From a virus (lineage: Duplodnaviria > Caudoviricetes): a DNA stretch of 60,567 bases. A model generated the notes under the pieces. The model ran no database searches, was not told the DNA's origin, and saw only the letters and a list, made by a program, of their open reading frames with translations. Within the stretch, counting starts at the first letter, position 1. Every line of letters begins with the position of its first letter. The DNA lies in IMG/VR virus record IMGVR_UViG_3300020045_010359, positions 1 through 60,567 of that record; one strand, given 5' to 3'. Positions 1 to 9,223 of this stretch are shown here, one piece after another. Made by a program: the position numbers and the translations under genes.

Positions 1-97
1 TTGAGGTATGCGATTTCTACCTCTATGTCTATTGGGCTGTTGTCGCTATCGAAAATTTTGGCGTGTGTGGTCTCAAATCTTATGTCGCTGCGCTTGA
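1..97. repeat. Inverted (fold-back) copy of 425-521
   Basis: Reverse complement of 1-97 matches 425-521 with one mismatch at 515. It replaces the true integrase 5' end. Confidence 0.95.
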
Positions 98-1109
98 TCC
101 TGGAACGAAAATGGCTTGAAACGTTTCACAATGTTTCAGAGGTTGAATTATACTCCTGTCTTGCAAAGATCGAACACCAGAAAGATAACGGCGCCATGAC
201 AAAACGAGATCATAAGATCGCTCTTAAGAGGATCTTAGAACACCTCAACAATCCCCTTGCCCCAATTATCAAAACATCCACCTCCCAAAAATACCTTCCC
301 CGCTTCTTTCTCACAGTTCACGACATCCTAAAAATGGTCACCTGCGACCATCCGCACCTGCGCGATAAAGTCATGGCCGCATGCCTGTATGAAAGCAACT
401 GCCGTCCTCATGAATTCTTCATGCTCAAGCGCAGCGACATAAGATTTGAGACCACACACGCCAAAATTTTCGATAGCGACAACAGCCCAATAGACATAGA
501 GGTAGAAATCGCATGCCTCAATATCGGCGCTGATTGCAAAACCGGCGCGAGATCACCGCCAAAATTTTCGATAGCGACAACAGCCCAATAGACATAGAGG
601 TAGAAATCGCATACCTCAATATCGGCGCTGATTGCAAAACCGGCGCGAGATCACCGCCATTGATCTTCTCTGTGCCCTGGTTGAAAGCCTGGCTCAATTC
701 ACCCAATTGTACTACCGGCGTTCCAGGAACACACCCAAATGTATTTTTGTGGACTGAACTTCGAGGGCCCCGGAGAGGAGGACAGATCCAATATGCTGCC
801 GCAAGAAAGGCCATTCGCCAGCTCACCGAAAATGCAGGCATTGAACATAGCGACAAGGTCAACCTCTATAGCTTCCGGCACGGCAGGAATACCGAAGTAA
901 GCCAGAGCATGACTTACGCGCAGCACTGCGAATATGCTGGCTGGTATCAGGGCAGCGACATGCCAAGAACGTATAATCATCTCACTGGCACAAATATGGT
1001 CTCGCCGCTTCTGTCACCATATGGTATCCAGGTTGAGAACTCACAGAATGAAAGGAATGCCTGGATTGAGATCATGAAAAAAGGACAAAAACTTTGCGGG
1101 AAAAAATAA
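98..1109 (+). pseudogene. Tyrosine recombinase/integrase (archaeal XerC-like), 5'-truncated and frameshifted by a 98-bp duplication
   Basis: ORFs 1..591 and 534..1109 join if one repeat copy is removed. Motifs: RDK..LYESNCRPHEF (R), CKTGAR (K), YSFRHG, AGW, RTYNHL (Y). LIFSVPWLKAWL and GSDMP resemble Methanosarcinales integrases. Confidence 0.85.
459..659 (+). repeat. 98-bp tandem duplication inside integrase
   Basis: 459-561 equals 557-659 except G515/A613; junction microhomology CGCCA. Confidence 0.95.
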
Positions 1110-1145
1110 CACAAAATATAATACTGTGAAAAATAAAGTGAACGA

Positions 1146-1535
1146 TTGGAGATTAAAATGATGATACGATTTAATTTTTCAACGCTGTTAATTATTACAA
1201 CCGCAGCATTATTGTTAAGCGGATGCATGGCGACCGATTCAGATTATATTATCCGCGTTACCACAAACCCCGGAATGCATTTCACTGGAGGATATAATGT
1301 AGTCTCATCAAGCGGACAATCTGCAATGAAAACCGTAGAAGGAATTGGAACGGGTCCGACAAAGCCAATAGACTATTCCGTTCATGGGAATATTGTTGCT
1401 GCGACCTTTCAGAAAAGTGATGATTGGGAAGGACAAACAACGATATTATATATTGAGATCTTGAAAAAGGGAAAGGTCGTTGCATCCACATCAACCGCCG
1501 CAAGATATGGGGTGGCCTCGATAGGCACCAATTAA
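1146..1535 (+). CDS. Putative lipoprotein
   Basis: Hydrophobic N-terminus with lipobox LLLSGC; true start likely the ATG at 1159-region Met (MMIRF). Confidence 0.6.
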   Translation: MEIKMMIRFNFSTLLIITTAALLLSGCMATDSDYIIRVTTNPGMHFTGGYNVVSSSGQSAMKTVEGIGTGPTKPIDYSVHGNIVAATFQKSDDWEGQTTILYIEILKKGKVVASTSTAARYGVASIGTN

Positions 1536-1560
1536 GATAAAGGAGGTATAACATATAACA

Positions 1561-1815
1561 ATGAACGAAGTAGATGAAATAACGGAAAAAGAAGAGACCA
1601 TAGACCAGGTGGAGCATAAGTTATTTTCACAAATATTAAGAGAATTTGCAATCTACACAATAATCATACTATTAGTTGGTTTCGCAATTTCAACAATCGA
1701 CCTGTATGCATCTATTATTGTGATCAGTGGCTTATCGGCATTAGTAAGTCTTAGACTTCTAGGATTGACAATAGCTTGGGGAATGGTCTATTCGAACAAG
1801 TTCGTAGACTGGTAA
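1561..1815 (+). CDS. Small membrane protein
   Basis: AGGAGGT ribosome site upstream; two hydrophobic helices. Confidence 0.65.
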   Translation: MNEVDEITEKEETIDQVEHKLFSQILREFAIYTIIILLVGFAISTIDLYASIIVISGLSALVSLRLLGLTIAWGMVYSNKFVDW

Positions 1816-1856
1816 TAGAATCGATCAGGTGATGAAATTTCCAGAAATTTATTTTC

Positions 1857-2666
1857 TTAAACATATCTCTGCACAAACAACACCATGTCGACATAAATAT
1901 TGTTTGCATCTCCTGCTATTTTACTAACACCCAGTCTGAACGTATCACCGTCATCACCCGATACAAGAGTGTAATCACATGAATACCATTTATACCCTGA
2001 CGTTAGTGGATTTACAGTTGTAGACGAGCGTTCAGTATGAGCAATATTATTGATCCAAAGTTTTAGATCACTGGCGACATGTGTGGAGTCTTTAGCACGC
2101 GCATACAATCGATATGTTTGGTATGCAGCCCCAGACATCACTAAACCGGGCAATGTCCAAGCACTTTGTACAATATCAAAATATCCCGTCTCATTCTGTG
2201 CATCCAATCGCAATGCTTGGTCTGCATTCCCATCGGCGTCCGTGACTACCGTTCCGGTTGTCGTAAGATCGGCAGCCCCCTTCATATACCCCATCACAAA
2301 CCCCCCTCCTAAAAACTTAAATGTCACACTTGCTATATTTGCGCGGTCCGAGGATATCGGAAAACTTACCTGCTCGACATACCCTTCAATAGCTTTGTTT
2401 TCAGAAGGCAGGATTAGCAAAACAAGTTTCTGGGTTTTTTCGAAGTAATTTAACTTCCGCCATACGGTATCGAAAAGAGACAAATCCGTAAAGTCAACCA
2501 GACACATAATTTCAAACGGCTGCCCCTCACCACTTGACACCCCCGGCATCCCATCAGACACACGCGAAAATCTGGATAGATTTGTTGATGAGATAGTAGT
2601 GAATGTTTTCAGTGCAGGAAATTCAATCTCAATATTATTTGCAGTATCCACAAGCCAGCCCGTCAT
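1857..2666 (-). CDS. Phage tail protein (distal-tail-like N-terminus plus beta-sandwich/carbohydrate-binding-like C-terminus)
   Basis: Co-oriented downstream of tape measure; C-terminal YRLYARAK...YKWY...IYVD pattern. Confidence 0.5.
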   Translation of the reverse strand: MTGWLVDTANNIEIEFPALKTFTTISSTNLSRFSRVSDGMPGVSSGEGQPFEIMCLVDFTDLSLFDTVWRKLNYFEKTQKLVLLILPSENKAIEGYVEQVSFPISSDRANIASVTFKFLGGGFVMGYMKGAADLTTTGTVVTDADGNADQALRLDAQNETGYFDIVQSAWTLPGLVMSGAAYQTYRLYARAKDSTHVASDLKLWINNIAHTERSSTTVNPLTSGYKWYSCDYTLVSGDDGDTFRLGVSKIAGDANNIYVDMVLFVQRYV

Positions 2667-2671
2667 ATAAT

Positions 2672-3331
2672 TTAACTCCCTGCTATTGGAAGTTCGACAA
2701 AGATTTCTTCAGAATTCATAGTATGGTGAGCTACAGCAGCGCAGGAAACAGCTTCGGGATGAGTGCCAGCGGTCAAAACCCATTTGGCATAATACACAAA
2801 GCTTAAAATCAATCGTTCATATGCGAACAATTTTACTTCAGAAAACGATACTGTGAACGGGATACTTTCCGTTTTTGTCACCGAAGCGGGACCGTATTCC
2901 CCTGTTGAGTTCAACGCCTGTGTAATCGTCGGAGTGGTTACAGTCGCCAGTGTTCGATCCACTCCCGCCGCATTCCTGGCATACACGGTTACAACAACAT
3001 ACATAGAAGCTGTGACTGTTTGTACGTGCCCGTTTCGTTCGCTATACCCCGCAGTGAGTCCGACCTTCACGTTCCCACGCCCTTCGCCGCTGAGTAAAAG
3101 AGTATTTGCCAATATCGTTCGCAAAATATACTCGTGTGCGCTCGCCGCATAATTTGTTTGTGTGACCGATAAAGACGTAGATGCTGTGTTTGCAACTGCA
3201 GTATGAAAATCCTCCCGTTCCGCAATCCGGGAGAAGTTTGACCCTGCGCCTCCCGTAGCATACCAAGCATACACATACGTGCTGAGGCAATTACCTTTCA
3301 ATTTCTCCATATAGCGCATCTGCAAAGCCAT
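2672..3331 (-). CDS. Hypothetical virion/tail protein
   Basis: 219-aa beta-rich ORF tightly packed after tape measure. Confidence 0.55.
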   Translation of the reverse strand: MALQMRYMEKLKGNCLSTYVYAWYATGGAGSNFSRIAEREDFHTAVANTASTSLSVTQTNYAASAHEYILRTILANTLLLSGEGRGNVKVGLTAGYSERNGHVQTVTASMYVVVTVYARNAAGVDRTLATVTTPTITQALNSTGEYGPASVTKTESIPFTVSFSEVKLFAYERLILSFVYYAKWVLTAGTHPEAVSCAAVAHHTMNSEEIFVELPIAGS

Positions 3332-3334
3332 TTT

Positions 3335-4459
3335 CTATCCCCTCGGCTTAAACTTGGTTGAATCAATCCCCTGACCCGTACCCTTTCCAAGCTGGAGTCC
3401 TATTTCAAAAGGATTATCTGATGCGCCAACTGTTACATTTTGGACAATTGTTAGATTTCGCGGTGCAGCGGCAATATTAGACATTGTATCTTCCAGTTTC
3501 TGGAGAGGCGCAGTCCCCCCGACTGCTGGAGCAGATGGCATACCAGGATAGGGATTTTTAGGCATCTGATATCCCGAAATTGCCCATCCCATCCCACGAG
3601 ATATCAATGCATTTTTATATTGTTCATCAGGAGATATCCCAGGGTCAGATATGCCCAACGCTTGCGCTGGCGCACCAAATCCTAATGTTTGATGCCATGC
3701 CGTATAAGTTTTTTTTTCGTCATCCGTTCTTCTCCCAAATGCGCCTTCTCTGGTTTGATATACATTTTCATTGAAAATATCCAGGAGATTTCCGCGCGCA
3801 ATAGGTTTTTCAATTTCAGTCCTGAGATCCTTGGCTGCGATCGTTTGATTGGTCATGACCTGAGCGCCTTTCTGTAGTCCTTCGATATTTTCATCAAGCT
3901 CAACTTTGTTCTTTTGCCAAACATAATACAAACCCCCAACCAAGGCCCCGGCCAAAGCCAAGTATGGAGCAAATGAAATTAATGCAACCTTCAATCCTGT
4001 TACGGACCAGGTTATTCCATTTATTGCTGCCACGCCCGTTGTTCCCAGTGTAATAAGGTGAGGGACAAGCCCCAACGCCGTCAGTCCCATGCCATAAAAT
4101 GAATCCTCTGCTCGTTTATTCGCTTTTGTAAGGTTGTTGTTTGCCCGCTCTAAGTTATTACCTGCGATGATTGCCTCTTGTGAGGTTGCGCCATGCTCCC
4201 GGAGCGCGGCGTTATACCTGAGTTGTGCATTGAAAACCGCATCGGTTGCGGTCATCACATTGATGTTTGAGATCTCAAGCCGGTCCTGGAGTTGCATCGC
4301 TGAATTTCCAATACTACCGAATCCCTGAAGAGATGACGCTGCCCTGGAAACAGAATTAGCGAGCCCCTCAGTCGCCTGCCCCGCTTTTCCAACCTGGTTT
4401 TGATATTCAGATACTCCAGAGGCGCTGATATTTACGACAAGCTCATCAACCGTGACCAT
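3335..4459 (-). CDS. Short tape-measure-like protein
   Basis: N-terminus MVTVDELVVNISA, Ala-rich coiled coil, hydrophobic segments, C-terminal 'TIVQNVTV'; position after tail chaperone. Confidence 0.7.
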   Translation of the reverse strand: MVTVDELVVNISASGVSEYQNQVGKAGQATEGLANSVSRAASSLQGFGSIGNSAMQLQDRLEISNINVMTATDAVFNAQLRYNAALREHGATSQEAIIAGNNLERANNNLTKANKRAEDSFYGMGLTALGLVPHLITLGTTGVAAINGITWSVTGLKVALISFAPYLALAGALVGGLYYVWQKNKVELDENIEGLQKGAQVMTNQTIAAKDLRTEIEKPIARGNLLDIFNENVYQTREGAFGRRTDDEKKTYTAWHQTLGFGAPAQALGISDPGISPDEQYKNALISRGMGWAISGYQMPKNPYPGMPSAPAVGGTAPLQKLEDTMSNIAAAPRNLTIVQNVTVGASDNPFEIGLQLGKGTGQGIDSTKFKPRG

Positions 4460-4465
4460 ATTCTT

Positions 4466-4780
4466 TTATTTTCCTGTTATTTTCCTTTTAATCTCCACAA
4501 ATACCTTCATTTTGTTTTCAGCATTTAGCCGATCGACTTCCCGACGTGCTTTCAGAATTTCTTTCTCTTCTTTTGACAAAATACCGAACTCATCAATCTG
4601 TAAGATTCTCCCCGCAAATTCATCTGTATCTCGTCTCATTCGTTCTATTTTTAAATCAAGATATTCTAAATCTGTTGGGTCTGCATCGCGTGCTTTCAGG
4701 AGTTCGATCAGTTCCTCTCTAGGCATATCGTCATAAATCGACGTGCCTGCAGTAGTCCCAGAATCTGTATTTCTAACCAT
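4466..4780 (-). CDS. Hypothetical coiled-coil protein
   Basis: 104-aa ORF with archaeal-type SD (AAGGTGA) just upstream of the ATG. Confidence 0.65.
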   Translation of the reverse strand: MVRNTDSGTTAGTSIYDDMPREELIELLKARDADPTDLEYLDLKIERMRRDTDEFAGRILQIDEFGILSKEEKEILKARREVDRLNAENKMKVFVEIKRKITGK

Positions 4781-4882
4781 ATTTTTTCACCTTTATCCGT
4801 GCAATTAATATATCGGAATATTCCAAAATAACCTTATAAGGCAATCCCATAATTTCGCGATACGTCAAATGTAATTCCTCCA

Positions 4883-5416
4883 TCAACCAGAATTTCCAGA
4901 GACGTCGATCTTGTGTTTGTTCCCCTTTTGCGAATCGTTCGCATTCGAGTCTCCATTCCGGGAAGGCTCGCCGGATATCTTTTCGTAACCTGGGTGTCGA
5001 GTCTTCGTAAGGATCTCGCTCTCCTGGATGATCCCGTTGAAGTCTAAGAAAAAATCTGATGCCGTCCCGCCCATGACCTTTACGGACTCCTCGAATAGGG
5101 ATTTCAATGGCGCGTCCTGCAATTCATTCTCATCAAGACCCGTGCAAATCATCACCGTCTTAAGAACACCACTCAGTTTGAGCTTCGCATAGTATTGCGC
5201 CAGAATCCGCGGCTTAGTCTTACCCTGTTCCTGAAGAACGACTTCACTTGATTTTTCCATATCTTCGGGTTTCATCATCGAAAAATCGATGAAACCTATC
5301 CGAAGCAACTCGTCAAAAACCATGACCTTTTCAACCGCTGCAAGCGTGGGATCTTTGTGGAAAGTGTATTTTTTCCCTTCAATTTCTATTTCAAGATATC
5401 CGATTAATTTGCTCAT
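4883..5416 (-). CDS. Tail assembly chaperone (gpG-like), possibly chimeric N-terminus
   Basis: Lies between major tail protein and tape measure; carries slippery T TTT TTC at the SDFF codons. Confidence 0.65.
   Translation of the reverse strand: MSKLIGYLEIEIEGKKYTFHKDPTLAAVEKVMVFDELLRIGFIDFSMMKPEDMEKSSEVVLQEQGKTKPRILAQYYAKLKLSGVLKTVMICTGLDENELQDAPLKSLFEESVKVMGGTASDFFLDFNGIIQESEILTKTRHPGYEKISGEPSRNGDSNANDSQKGNKHKIDVSGNSG
5048..5054 (-). promoter_or_regulatory. Putative -1 ribosomal frameshift slippery site T TTT TTC
   Basis: X XXY YYZ heptamer in the chaperone frame; the -1 frame stays open to TAG at 4775-4773. Confidence 0.6.
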
Positions 5417-5422
5417 ATTATT

Positions 5423-5842
5423 TTATGCGATTGGAGCTAATGCGATTGGTCCAGATCCTTGTAATTCGGCAGTCCACTCACAAGCTCCTTCATAAGGAGT
5501 GCCGAAACTAACATCTGTAATCAGGGCTTTCCCAGCAAATGATGTATTCCCGGTTATTGCGTTACCAAATGTCAAATCAACTAAAGCGCGCGCGATCCCA
5601 AGTGCATATAGTTCAGCTACATTGACATTATTTGTGCCTGGTACAAAATCAACAATACCCGTTAAGCTTCCCGTCCAAGAACGTTTACCCCCAATATATT
5701 CAGCCCAGCCCTGAGATTCCTTATCGGATGTTTCAATTGGAGCTATCGAAAATTTAATAGTCAAGTCACGGGAGTTGACTATATTCCTATTAGGAGTTCC
5801 AACAATTTTTGCTTTAAACTCTGTACCATTAAACTTAGCCAT
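5423..5842 (-). CDS. Major tail (tube) protein, TP901-1/Phage_tail_2-like
   Basis: IETSDKESQGWAEYIGGKRSWTG and FAGKALIT...ELQGSG motifs; gene order. Confidence 0.85.
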   Translation of the reverse strand: MAKFNGTEFKAKIVGTPNRNIVNSRDLTIKFSIAPIETSDKESQGWAEYIGGKRSWTGSLTGIVDFVPGTNNVNVAELYALGIARALVDLTFGNAITGNTSFAGKALITDVSFGTPYEGACEWTAELQGSGPIALAPIA

Positions 5843-5862
5843 CCCCTCGTCCTGTTTAAAAA

Positions 5863-6294
5863 TTAAATTTGATCTGCTTTATGCTCAAAGGTGATCCGCT
5901 TACGGTAAGTCCGCTGGGTATCCCCGTTTGTAAATTCATTGTTAGATGCTACGAACTTGGCCATGTACACATTGAAACCAGCTGCGTTTACTCCGCTTTT
6001 ACCAGGTGTGGGGATAACCTTTTTAAGTATCTCCCTTGTAATCAAATCAGCCGCTTTTCTACCCCCAAAATCCCCTTTGTAAGAGGTGTAAATCAGAAGG
6101 TCGACAGTTAATTCGTACATGAAACTATCCTTCGTATTATCGCTTATAGGTAGTATTCCGTCAATAATTATATATGGGGTTTGTGCCGGTATCGGAGCTA
6201 CCATGTCATAAACCGGTATCATTTTTTCGCCTACAACAATGTTGTTAAGCAGGTTGAAATATCCGGTTCTGATTGGCAATTCTACTTCTTCCAC
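5863..6294 (-). CDS. Tail terminator/completion protein (DUF3168-like)
   Basis: PVYD..P....PYIII motif; directly upstream of the tail tube gene. Confidence 0.7.
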   Translation of the reverse strand: MEEVELPIRTGYFNLLNNIVVGEKMIPVYDMVAPIPAQTPYIIIDGILPISDNTKDSFMYELTVDLLIYTSYKGDFGGRKAADLITREILKKVIPTPGKSGVNAAGFNVYMAKFVASNNEFTNGDTQRTYRKRITFEHKADQI

Positions 6295-6762
6295 TTACCA
6301 GCCTATTTTTACGTTTTTCAATCTTTCGTTCATTCTTTTGCCTTCCTGAAGAAAAGCCGGAATAAGAAACGGATGCTCAGGCAATGTTCCTTTCCCGTTC
6401 TTGTAAAATGTTAAAGCCAGCTTTACAAATGCTGCTGGCAATCCTTTTACGTATTTAGCTGCGTATTTCCCTGTTCCAAATTCAAGGTATGCCGCTATCG
6501 GATCGTTTGAAACGTTACCGGCAAAGATCATAACCGAATGCTTGACCGGATCGAAAGTAAAATTGATGCTCTGCCTGACTGAGACAATATCATCTGTTAT
6601 TTCCTTTCCGTCTCCCGAATGAGGCTGTAACCTCATTTTAGCCATTCCGACCACTCGTAGCGCTGCACCTTGAAGCTCTTTGTCAACCTTGGCTATTAAA
6701 TCCTTTTCAACTTTATTAAGCCCCGTAATTACAGCGTCCAAGCCTCTTAATTCAACTCTCAC
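6295..6762 (-). CDS. HK97 gp10-like neck protein
   Basis: VELRGLD, AAYLEFGTG and HPFLIPA motifs. Confidence 0.8.
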   Translation of the reverse strand: MRVELRGLDAVITGLNKVEKDLIAKVDKELQGAALRVVGMAKMRLQPHSGDGKEITDDIVSVRQSINFTFDPVKHSVMIFAGNVSNDPIAAYLEFGTGKYAAKYVKGLPAAFVKLALTFYKNGKGTLPEHPFLIPAFLQEGKRMNERLKNVKIGW

Positions 6763-7088
6763 GACTTACCACAGGTTAAGGCAATCAGCATTTGGTTCTC
6801 GTCCATATCAGTAATCGCATTCACCAAAAGACTTTTACCTTTATGTTTGATAATCATATCAGGCAGTGGAAGCTTGTCTTTTGAATACCGGATGATAATG
6901 TTGTAATAGCTATAAAGAGCCATACCTCCCGCTTCGGTCGCCCGTTTACTGGTCTTTTGTTCAACCTTAGCCAGTGTACTGAAAGCAAAAACCTCAGTTG
7001 CACTAAATCCACCTCCTTCATCCTGAACACGGTCAAGGGTATAAAACTCAATCTTATGCCGAAGGTCGCCTGGATTTATAGAAACCAT
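6759..7088 (-). CDS. Head closure protein (SPP1 gp16-like)
   Basis: NPGDLRHKIEF...DEGGG and IIIRY motifs. Confidence 0.85.
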   Translation of the reverse strand: MVSINPGDLRHKIEFYTLDRVQDEGGGFSATEVFAFSTLAKVEQKTSKRATEAGGMALYSYYNIIIRYSKDKLPLPDMIIKHKGKSLLVNAITDMDENQMLIALTCGKS

Positions 7089-7606
7089 GATTTTACTGAA
7101 TAAGGAGCCGCTGTTGACTTCCAGTCGTTGGGTAAAGGCTTTGCACTATCGTTTCCAGTAATACTAAAACCTTCGCGCTTCGAAAAATTATCGGTGGCAA
7201 GCTTCATAATGGCTAATTGCAAATCTTCCTCAATGCCGTCTTCAAATCCGGCTCTGTAAGTAACAGTAATGGGAGAGCTGCTATTTGCAACGATTCTCAT
7301 ATGAGCGCCAATGAAGCCCTCAAAAGAACAATCATCCGAACCTTCTACATTTACTTCGCTTAGAACTGGGCCATATGGCAAATCATCAGAAGTCAATTCT
7401 TCCCAACGAACTTTTAAATCTGATTCAATAAGGGATAGTCCAATATATTTTTCTATCCTTAATCTGGCAGCAGGGAGCAGCTTATTAAGCAAATCGTCAT
7501 GATCGTTTGAATCAATCGCCAAATGAAGTTTTAAGTCTTCAATGGTAACTGGTTCAACTGCTCCATCAACTGGCTTACGTTGTACACTTAATCCCCTGGT
7601 TGTCAT
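7076..7606 (-). CDS. Head-tail connector (HK97 gp6-like)
   Basis: EPVTIEDLKLHL.ID...DDLL and VTYRAGF...LAI motifs. Confidence 0.85.
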   Translation of the reverse strand: MTTRGLSVQRKPVDGAVEPVTIEDLKLHLAIDSNDHDDLLNKLLPAARLRIEKYIGLSLIESDLKVRWEELTSDDLPYGPVLSEVNVEGSDDCSFEGFIGAHMRIVANSSSPITVTYRAGFEDGIEEDLQLAIMKLATDNFSKREGFSITGNDSAKPLPNDWKSTAAPYSVKSWFL

Positions 7607-7911
7607 TAATCAAACTTCTTTTCTTCCTTTGTGGATGGCTTGGATTTGGCTGGCTCAGCTTTTGCGATATTGTCGGTAGTTATCGTTTTGGCTTTGTTTT
7701 CGGGTGCGGGTTCTTTGGCTGGCTTGGATGTTTCCACTGTTTCTTTTTCTGGTTTAGATTTTTCACCATCAGCAGAATTTAATATTTTTACATATTCACC
7801 TGCTTCAAGCTCTTTGGCTCTTGCCTCGGATTTTTCAATCACCGCACCTTCTTCAACCAAAAGCTGAGTGTCTTTATCCCGAAATAATTTTAATGCCTTT
7901 ACTTGTTTCAT
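7606..7911 (-). CDS. Small hypothetical protein after capsid gene
   Basis: Likely start MKQVKALKLFRDK at 7911 (the longer start overlaps a terminator); K/E/P-rich tail. Confidence 0.6.
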   Translation of the reverse strand: MKQVKALKLFRDKDTQLLVEEGAVIEKSEARAKELEAGEYVKILNSADGEKSKPEKETVETSKPAKEPAPENKAKTITTDNIAKAEPAKSKPSTKEEKKFD

Positions 7912-7927
7912 GATATTTAAAATTAGA

Positions 7928-7958
7928 TAACGGACATGTTTATACGACACATCCGTTA
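7928..7958 (-). terminator. Hairpin after major capsid gene
   Basis: Minus strand TAACGGATGTGT-loop-ACATGTCCGTTA (two G-U pairs); weak U tail. Confidence 0.5.
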
Positions 7959-7966
7959 GTTATTTT

Positions 7967-9223
7967 TTATACTCCTGTTACCAATGAAAGATCAACTACT
8001 TTTGATCCGTTTGGTTGATAGTTTGCCAGTGCAATTTCTTCTTCCAGGCGAAGCGTTACCAAGTTTCTTTGGAAGTTATCCGCATCTTCATAGGAAATAT
8101 CAAAAGTGATCCCTTCTCTGATCAGCAATTCAAAGCTATTCCAGTCAGCAACAACAGCCGACTGATACGGCACGGCAGCGTTTTGGAAAATTGGCACGCC
8201 GTGGAAATAAAGAATATCTCTGTTCATTCCACCAAAAACAAGTCCCGGAAAATTGAATTCGCCTGTACTCGTTTTATAAAGAAGCAAATCCGAATAATCC
8301 AATGGGTTCAAAAGAATTCCATTTGGACGGAAGTTGATCAATCGAAGTTGAGCCATTGCATCAACCAGGAACTCAAAAATAGTTGAGTATATTCCTTTGG
8401 TTGGCGTGTAGCTTGTAGACGAAGGAATGATGCCTTTGATCGCATTAGATCCGTTACCATTAATAAGGGCCGCATCTTCAAAGTTCAACAACTTGTTAGA
8501 CAAACGGTTATTAATGAAACTTGCAAGCCAAGGAATATCATTAAGTGCCTTCCGTGATACGCGGGTGATACCGGCAATGATTTTCGCAGTAACCGGAATC
8601 ATTTTAACATCAAAATCTACTTGCGATTTAACGTCTCCCTGATTTACTTGGTAACCTACGTCACCCTCTCCGCCCTGATCCTGTGGATATTCCAATAGAG
8701 CGGATGACATTGGAGAACTCGGTAATAGCGCGCGAATCCGCATATCTGGCTCAGGCAACATAACGGGACGCATAATAGTTTGACGCGTAGCGTATACAGG
8801 ATTTGTGCCGTCTGTTAGATTGCCGGTAGTCATAACACCAACAGCTTTTTGCTGAATAGCGTGATGACCATACTTCAATTCAATAACCTTGCGACCGTGA
8901 GCGTTTTTAGGCTCAAAAGAACCTTTTTTACTTTCGGCAGTCAACTCTTCGATTAGCTGGCCTTGAAGATTTTTCATTTCACCTTCTCCGCCACCGAATG
9001 GAAGTCTTTCGCGGTTCATTTTAACCGTCAAAGAAGAAATATCTTCACCTTGTTTTTTGATGGTATCTAGCGCTTCTTTATAAGCCTCTTTCATCCCCTT
9101 CAATTGAGATTCAACATCATCAGTACTTGCTTTTTCATCAAGCTTTCCTTTAAAATCAGCAATAGCCGATTTTACGTCATCCCCAATCTTTTTAATTTCT
9201 AGCAATTCTGCTTCACCTGCCAT
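7967..9223 (-). CDS. Major capsid protein, HK97 fold with N-terminal delta domain
   Basis: Coiled-coil N-terminus; EDAALINGNG, LLNPLDY, NFQRNLVTLRLEE motifs. Confidence 0.93.
   Translation of the reverse strand: MAGEAELLEIKKIGDDVKSAIADFKGKLDEKASTDDVESQLKGMKEAYKEALDTIKKQGEDISSLTVKMNRERLPFGGGEGEMKNLQGQLIEELTAESKKGSFEPKNAHGRKVIELKYGHHAIQQKAVGVMTTGNLTDGTNPVYATRQTIMRPVMLPEPDMRIRALLPSSPMSSALLEYPQDQGGEGDVGYQVNQGDVKSQVDFDVKMIPVTAKIIAGITRVSRKALNDIPWLASFINNRLSNKLLNFEDAALINGNGSNAIKGIIPSSTSYTPTKGIYSTIFEFLVDAMAQLRLINFRPNGILLNPLDYSDLLLYKTSTGEFNFPGLVFGGMNRDILYFHGVPIFQNAAVPYQSAVVADWNSFELLIREGITFDISYEDADNFQRNLVTLRLEEEIALANYQPNGSKVVDLSLVTGV

Noticed and set aside
425-659. DGR template/variable repeat or invertible shufflon
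   Set aside because: Only one mismatch, no reverse transcriptase, and the repeats disrupt the recombinase itself.
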